Source: an uncultured virus (IMG/VR IMGVR_UViG_3300031687_000005)
Taxonomy: Duplodnaviria > Heunggongvirae > Uroviricota > Caudoviricetes
DNA: 20,000 nucleotides
Reading direction: 5' to 3' (one strand)
IMG/VR virus record: IMGVR_UViG_3300031687_000005
Under the pieces are notes generated by a model that was given only the letters and a program-made list of their open reading frames with translations, ran no database searches and was not told the DNA's origin. Made by a program: the position numbers and the translations under genes. This document shows, one piece after another, positions 16,860-20,000 of the stretch. Every line of letters starts with the position of its first letter. Within the stretch, counting starts at the first letter, position 1.

Positions 16860-18168
16860 GAATGACGAGCTACGTGCTTATCTAGTCAAAAATCCAGAGA
16901 AATTAAATGGTGGTTATTCAGATACTGCCGCAATGTTTAACACATCTTACGAAGCTGTAAGAGGGCAAGCCAGAAACTTAAGGGCGGCTTTCAATGACGA
17001 TATACAGGCAGCTTCATACTCATCGGCAGAAATACCAAATGAGAAAGTCATCACCAATGAAAAGGAAGACTCGTTAACAATATCAGTAGAGGACAGTAAT
17101 AGAGTAAAATCATTAGATGACCTTATACAGAACTGTAGAGTGGACCTGGATACCTGGGAGGTTGACTGGTTTGACATCGGTACATACGAAGTAACAGGAT
17201 TTGATAACGACAGGAAACCTGTCACTGTTACCATGTATAGAACCAAAGCTAAGTTTAAAAAGATAGATGTCTGGAAGAACATAGCTATACTAAGAGAAGA
17301 TTTAAAACAAGACCTATTAGAAGCATTCCAAGCTTATGCATTTAAACCTACTTATACTATTAGTAAGAAAGAAAGCGAAGGCTATTTGCTCGAGATTGGG
17401 GCATACGACCTGCATTTGGGTAAGTTGGGGATTGATGGCGATAACTATAGTCTTGATGTGGCTAGGGATAGGCTTTTCAGTGCTCTTCATTCCTTATTTG
17501 ATAAGGCGAGAGGATTCAACATCGAAGAAATAGTCTTCGTAGTAGGTAATGACTTCCTTAACATAGATAGAGCTAACCCGTTTAACTCTACTACAGCAGG
17601 TACACCACAAAGTAATACAGTTTCTGCATACGAGGCGTATAGATTTGGGAGAAAGTTGCTGGTTGAGGCTATTAATGGTTTGGCTGCTCAAGCTCCTGTT
17701 CGTGTCGTTGTTGTTCCTGGTAATCATGACGAAGAGTCTATGTTACATATGGGCGACGCATTAGAAGCTCTATACGAGAATACTCCACATGTTACAGTAG
17801 ATAATAGCAGACCCTTAATGAAGGGTTACCAATATGGTGAATGCTTACTTATCTTCGACCATGGACACAGAGTAAAGAACTATAAGAACCTTGCGTCTGT
17901 CATCTCCCAACGCTTTAGAGATGTTTGGAGTAGTGTGAGACACATTGAAGTCCACAGAGGACACCTACACAGCTTAAAGACGAGTGTAATGGGTCAGGTT
18001 GAAGAACTAAACGGTATTGCAGTGCGACACTTGGGTAGTATGTCTGCAACAGACCAATGGCATGATGATAGTGGATACATCTCCTCAATCAAGAGAGCTC
18101 ATGCTTTTATATGGCATAAGAAGAATGGTATGCAGTGTGAGTATTACTATAACGTCCCAATGACCTAA
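16846..18168 (+). CDS. Calcineurin-like metallophosphoesterase with N-terminal extension
   Basis: Motifs DLHLG, GND, GNHD, HGH and GHLH in canonical order; GTG start. Confidence 0.85.
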   Translation: MGKNKNDELRAYLVKNPEKLNGGYSDTAAMFNTSYEAVRGQARNLRAAFNDDIQAASYSSAEIPNEKVITNEKEDSLTISVEDSNRVKSLDDLIQNCRVDLDTWEVDWFDIGTYEVTGFDNDRKPVTVTMYRTKAKFKKIDVWKNIAILREDLKQDLLEAFQAYAFKPTYTISKKESEGYLLEIGAYDLHLGKLGIDGDNYSLDVARDRLFSALHSLFDKARGFNIEEIVFVVGNDFLNIDRANPFNSTTAGTPQSNTVSAYEAYRFGRKLLVEAINGLAAQAPVRVVVVPGNHDEESMLHMGDALEALYENTPHVTVDNSRPLMKGYQYGECLLIFDHGHRVKNYKNLASVISQRFRDVWSSVRHIEVHRGHLHSLKTSVMGQVEELNGIAVRHLGSMSATDQWHDDSGYISSIKRAHAFIWHKKNGMQCEYYYNVPMT

Positions 18169-18297
18169 CCACTACTGTCCATAGGTGATAAGTATTTTAA
18201 AAAAATGTAACATAATTATCTATGACTAAAGTATCTAAACCTTATCTAGACTCTACATACATTATACTACAAGACTTTATGTATTCATTAAATCCAC

Positions 18298-18325
18298 TTG
18301 ACCCAGCTCCAAAAGAGCTGGTCAA
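18298..18325. terminator. Hairpin between convergent transcription units
   Basis: TTGACCCAGCTC-CAAAA-GAGCTGGTCAA (one bulge) lies in the gap between the + strand end (18168) and the - strand end (18390). No clean U-tract. Confidence 0.45.
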
Positions 18326-18389
18326 TGAATGTATATACCAACTTGTTTGTAATTGGTATGATGAATGTGGAAACACTTGTAAGAATTAA

Positions 18390-18605
18390 TTATTCTCCCT
18401 TAGTCGGCTTAACCTTCTTCTTAGAAGGCTTAGGCTTACACTTACATTGTGCTTCACCTTTAGATACCTTTGAACAACACTTAGAGGTTTTCTTCTTTTC
18501 TTTGATTTCTTCAAAATCTCTGTAATAATCCCTTTCATCGTATAGATATTCTTTAGCTATTAGCGCAACGCTTGCGCCTAATATAAGTAGTAGTAGTAAC
18601 TTCAT
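18390..18605 (-). CDS. Small membrane-anchored Lys/Cys-rich protein
   Basis: 71 aa; N-terminal hydrophobic helix, then 'KCCSK...QCKCK'. Confidence 0.6.
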   Translation of the reverse strand: MKLLLLLILGASVALIAKEYLYDERDYYRDFEEIKEKKKTSKCCSKVSKGEAQCKCKPKPSKKKVKPTKGE

Positions 18606-18694
18606 CTTCCTTTAGTTTTGTTAACTGACTTGTCGTATATAATGAATAGGATAACAGCTACTGCCACCCCTACCATGAATATTGCTTGTGTCAT
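18602..18694 (-). CDS. 30-aa single-TM micro-protein
   Basis: Not in the ORF track. MTQAIFMVGVAVAVILFIIYDKSVNKTKGR*; ATGA overlaps at both ends. Confidence 0.65.
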   Translation of the reverse strand: MTQAIFMVGVAVAVILFIIYDKSVNKTKGR

Positions 18695-19035
18695 CTTAGT
18701 TTCTTTATTAGTTCAAGTAAATCTTTCACAAGACTTTCTTTGTTTACAGATACGATATGTTCTTCAATGCTTCTATCGAAATCGTCTCGTGCGTTTAGTA
18801 AGTCAAAGAAATTACTGTCTTCGCCTTCTTCGTCTTTCTTAGCTTCTTCAGCTTCTATTCGCTCTCCTCTCTCGTTCATTAGAATGTCTATCTTATCCTC
18901 TGCTGAGTCTACTCTAGCACTTTCTAGTTGTATTAGTTGATACAATACATCTCTAGTTTTGTTTGCACTCACTAATGAATCTGCGATTTGACCTAACGCT
19001 TGTGTAACGTGTTCGTTGAATTCTTCTTGTTTCAT
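18691..19035 (-). CDS. Acidic coiled-coil hypothetical protein
   Basis: 114-aa ORF bounded by degenerate junction repeats. Confidence 0.65.
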   Translation of the reverse strand: MKQEEFNEHVTQALGQIADSLVSANKTRDVLYQLIQLESARVDSAEDKIDILMNERGERIEAEEAKKDEEGEDSNFFDLLNARDDFDRSIEEHIVSVNKESLVKDLLELIKKLR

Positions 19036-19042
19036 CTTGGTT

Positions 19043-19243
19043 TTATTTAGCTCTGGTTAATATATTGACAGGTTCTTTACCTCGTCCTATTAGTAGCTTA
19101 TCTACTGCGATAGCTGCCTCTCTTTCTGTATCAAACTTACTCCTACTAACTCCATGTATATTTATGTACCAGCGTTGTATGTTATTAGTTCGAACACTAG
19201 CTACATGTTTATACATACTCTTAGCGTAGTTCATTTTATTCAT
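19043..19243 (-). CDS. AP2-like DNA-binding domain protein
   Basis: 'YKHV...RWYINI...FDTEREAAIAVD...G.EPVN' matches the AP2 pattern (YxGV..W.A.I...F.T..EAA.AYD). Confidence 0.65.
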   Translation of the reverse strand: MNKMNYAKSMYKHVASVRTNNIQRWYINIHGVSRSKFDTEREAAIAVDKLLIGRGKEPVNILTRAK

Positions 19244-19244
19244 C

Positions 19245-19409
19245 TTAGTCTTGTTTTAGTTCGTTAGGGATTTCCATCCATCTAATTATTTCTCCTTTTA
19301 ATGTAGTTTCCCACATATCTAACCATTCTGTACTTGTGTAATAGCACAACTTGATGTAGCCGTTACTCATTCTACACACATAACTTCCTTCTTTTTTTGG
19401 TTGTTCCAT
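19245..19409 (-). CDS. 54-aa DUF551-like protein
   Basis: Not in the ORF track. MEQPKKEGSYVCRMSNGYIKLCYYTSTEWLDMWETTLKGEIIRWMEIPNELKQD*, with a P..G.Y...W...I..WM.IP pattern. It starts in one repeat and ends in the next. Confidence 0.7.
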   Translation of the reverse strand: MEQPKKEGSYVCRMSNGYIKLCYYTSTEWLDMWETTLKGEIIRWMEIPNELKQD

Positions 19410-19421
19410 CTTAGTCTTGTT

Positions 19422-19514
19422 TTAGTTGTTTAAAAATAGTATCGCCAAATAAAACACCCAAGTTGCCAATATTGAAGCTACGCACCATTCAAACAAGTTA
19501 TTTTTCTTCTTCAT
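19422..19514 (-). CDS. 30-aa single-TM micro-protein
   Basis: Not in the ORF track. MKKKNNLFEWCVASILATWVFYLAILFLNN*. The ATG comes from one repeat, and the stop is the first TAA of the next repeat. Confidence 0.65.
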   Translation of the reverse strand: MKKKNNLFEWCVASILATWVFYLAILFLNN

Positions 19515-19515
19515 C

Positions 19516-19713
19516 TTAGTCTTGTTTTAGTTCGTTGATTCTTTGATTCAATGCTTTTGCAATTTCCTCCACAATAAAACCATCATACATACTGTCAATC
19601 ATATCTATGACATTTTCTAGCTCCTCTACACCTCTTTGTTTAGCATACCTCTCAACTTGTGATTTAAGGTCGCTATCTGAAATGTCTAAAGTTATCGTTT
19701 GTGATTCATCCAT
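19516..19713 (-). CDS. 65-aa hypothetical protein ending ELKQD
   Basis: Runs repeat to repeat. Confidence 0.7.
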   Translation of the reverse strand: MDESQTITLDISDSDLKSQVERYAKQRGVEELENVIDMIDSMYDGFIVEEIAKALNQRINELKQD

Positions 19714-19714
19714 C

Positions 19715-19885
19715 TTAGTCTTGTTTTAGTTCTTCGAAGCTTGCAGTGCACTCTTCAATACCTACATTCTCTAGCATTTCTAGTTGGAATTCACCTGAAT
19801 CCATACTTGCTTTAGCTTTAACCATCATATCAGTGTAATACTGATCAGTCACTGTGGTTTCTATTGTTACTTTTACCTTCTTCAT
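19715..19885 (-). CDS. 56-aa hypothetical protein ending ELKQD
   Basis: Start reassigned to ATG 19885 (MKKVKVTIETT...), 1 nt after the upstream stop at 19887. Confidence 0.65.
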   Translation of the reverse strand: MKKVKVTIETTVTDQYYTDMMVKAKASMDSGEFQLEMLENVGIEECTASFEELKQD

Positions 19886-19886
19886 A

Positions 19887-20000
19887 TTACTCATCTTCTT
19901 CGTTATAACCATCGTCGTTATAAAATCCTGTACCACAAGTTCCGCACCAAGCGTCTTTCGGGTTCTCTCTGTCTTTTCCTAGATTGTCTTCACAATTAGG
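19887..20000 (-). CDS. C-terminal part of a probable zinc-ribbon protein (5'-truncated)
   Basis: Hand translation: ...PNCEDNLGKDRENPKDAWCGTCGTGFYNDDGYNEEDE*, with (C)PNC...CGTC and an acidic tail. Confidence 0.55.
   Translation of the reverse strand, partial: PNCEDNLGKDRENPKDAWCGTCGTGFYNDDGYNEEDE

Larger units (their letters stand above)
19241..19731 (-). repeat. Four exact 21-bp gene-junction direct repeats
   Basis: CATCTTAGTCTTGTTTTAGTT (+ strand) at 19241-19261, 19407-19427, 19512-19532 and 19711-19731. Degenerate copies start at 19033 and 18692, with a weak one at 18603. Confidence 0.95.

Noticed and set aside
12742..17727. Alternative ORFs 13004, 14039(-), 14773(-), 15290, 16947(-), 17336, 17494(-), and the 12742 start
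   Set aside because: They overlap better-supported genes. The 12742 start overlaps the 12560 gene, whereas ATG 12817 gives a typical TAATG coupling.
18298..18940. Plus-strand ORFs 18298, 18618 and 18686
   Set aside because: They are antisense to a tightly coupled minus-strand gene train.
19241..19731. CRISPR array interpretation of the 21-bp repeats
   Set aside because: The intervening sequences are 84-178 bp, unequal in length, and each is an intact ORF. The repeat is non-palindromic and no cas genes are present.
19886..19936. N-terminal extension of ORF 19715..19936
   Set aside because: It overlaps a more plausible upstream zinc-ribbon ORF that stops at 19887. ATG 19885 is preferred.
1..20000. 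Stop-codon reassignment as seen in some crAss-like phages
   Set aside because: The standard code yields near-complete coding density, and TAA, TGA and TAG all occur as stops adjacent to the next start.

Overview
AT-rich, densely coding segment of a tailed dsDNA phage, probably infecting Bacteroidota (Flavobacteriia-like). Support for the host: A-rich starts without Shine-Dalgarno sequences, TAnnTTTG promoter boxes, signal peptides predicted to cleave before Gln, and a T9SS-like C-terminal domain. The + strand (1-18168) carries the end of a very large, probably virion-associated protein, then a tail/fibre block that includes three paralogous proteins, a DUF1566-like protein and a collagen/repeat fibre. 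Next comes an unusual secreted/outer-membrane cluster (CxxC micro-protein, beta-barrel-like protein, Cys-less thioredoxin fold, T9SS-CTD-like protein), a lysis module (M15 peptidase, 3TM holin, degenerate amidase) and a metallophosphoesterase. The - strand (18390-20000) is a convergent train of very small genes. Its most striking feature is an exact 21-bp repeat (AACTAAAACAAGACTAAGATG on the coding strand) at four consecutive gene junctions, plus degenerate copies. The repeat supplies the stop codon of one gene and the start codon of the next, so the region resembles a gene-cassette array. All family calls come from motif recognition by eye; no database searches were run.
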